Shown here: piece by piece, positions 55,085 through 55,783 of the stretch
Layout of the letters: each line of letters starts with the position of its first letter
How positions within the stretch are numbered: position 1 is the stretch's first letter
From: a virus
Taxonomy: Duplodnaviria; Caudoviricetes
Strand: one strand, 5' to 3'
Length of the DNA stretch: 55,783 nt
Virus record (IMG/VR): IMGVR_UViG_3300047564_005880
Coordinates: 1 to 55,783 of that record
Notes under the pieces: model-generated
Seen by the model: only the letters and a program-made list of their open reading frames with translations
The model's database searches: none
Told to the model about the DNA's origin: nothing
Translations under genes and position numbers: made by a program

Positions 55085-55443
55085 TTCAGGTATTCTAATG
55101 CTTGCTCAAGACCAGCGATTGTGTCCCCGAGCATACCGATACTGCGGTTACAGTTGTCACACAACCAACCACGATGGTGGAATGTGTAGTGGTCATGATC
55201 GAAAACGAGCTTACGATCGCATCGACCACAGTTATCACATGGCGTACCTAGCGGAGGACGCTTAGGCTTACCAGACAATTTGTATGCCTTGCTCTTACCT
55301 TGTGACTCTTTCTTTGTGCAGTCTTTGCACTCAGGACGGAAGTATTTGTCACCACCAGTATTGGTGGATTGATTGCGGGCAAAGAACTCCTCACTGAGGG
55401 GGAATGTCTTACCACACTTGGAACAGGTACGAGATTCAGACAT
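55066..55443 (-). CDS. Endonuclease VII-family (His-Me finger) nuclease with N-terminal Zn finger
   Basis: CSKC..CKDC plus CDNC..VFDHDH..RGWLCDNCNRSIGMLGD..ALEYL. Confidence 0.88.
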   Translation of the reverse strand: MSESRTCSKCGKTFPLSEEFFARNQSTNTGGDKYFRPECKDCTKKESQGKSKAYKLSGKPKRPPLGTPCDNCGRCDRKLVFDHDHYTFHHRGWLCDNCNRSIGMLGDTIAGLEQALEYLKRTRSS

Positions 55444-55479
55444 GATCAGAGAGGCGTCTAGGAGGGTCTGTGAGAGGTC

Positions 55480-55783
55480 TCAACGAGCATACAGGTATCC
55501 ACCTGCCCAGTCTGCATTTTCCAGCAGATATTCACGATCCTTAATCAAACGAAGATCGTAACGAACACCCTTGGCAGGTGCTTTCCAGGATGCGGATTTG
55601 TACACTTCACCAGTCTTCTTGTCAACAAATGCGTGAACAGAGCGGGAAGAACCACCGTCAATCATGACGATCTTGTGGTATTTCTTACCAGACTCGATCA
55701 CATAATTGATGGGAGAAGTGCCTGCTTTGAGCTTCTCGATGCAGGAGAGATGATAATCAACGTTTTCGCCGCGATCAACATAC
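55480..55783 (-). CDS. Conserved phage hypothetical protein, partial (starts beyond right edge)
   Basis: GKKYHKI..SVHAFVDKKTGEVYKSASWKAPAKGVRY..ADWAGGYLY; frame open to window end. Confidence 0.8.
   Translation of the reverse strand, partial: YVDRGENVDYHLSCIEKLKAGTSPINYVIESGKKYHKIVMIDGGSSRSVHAFVDKKTGEVYKSASWKAPAKGVRYDLRLIKDREYLLENADWAGGYLYAR

Noticed and set aside
1-55783. tRNA, rRNA or known riboswitch genes
   Set aside because: No cloverleaf or recognisable conserved RNA was seen by eye; tRNAscan and Infernal were not run.

Overview
55.8 kb segment of a large T4-like cyanophage (cyanomyovirus; the host is not identifiable from this window). Essentially every real gene is on the minus strand. 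Positions 1-42,040 are an AT-rich late structural module: two giant tail/fibre proteins (one runs off the left edge and is missing from the ORF track), small adaptors, a VrlC/DUF4815-like protein, baseplate gp8, gp7, gp6 and gp25, a PAAR spike tip and an Sfp-type phosphopantetheinyl transferase, with T4-type late promoters. Positions 42,040-55,783 are an early/middle accessory region, very GC-rich at its start. It holds small ORFs organised as promoter-gene cassettes, and 14 promoters carry a 7-8-7 inverted-repeat element 29-31 nt from the -10 box. Products include an orphan HicA-like RNase, a probable SAM lyase, acidic DNA-mimic candidates, KTSC, RlpA, two 2OG-Fe(II) oxygenases, an SF2 helicase, a ParB-like protein, a zincin and an EndoVII-family nuclease. 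The most striking observation is five helical repeats in two virion proteins that resemble phycobiliprotein beta subunits, keep both bilin-attachment-like cysteines, and are nested inside each other like Russian dolls. All family calls are by-eye motif recognition; no database searches were run.
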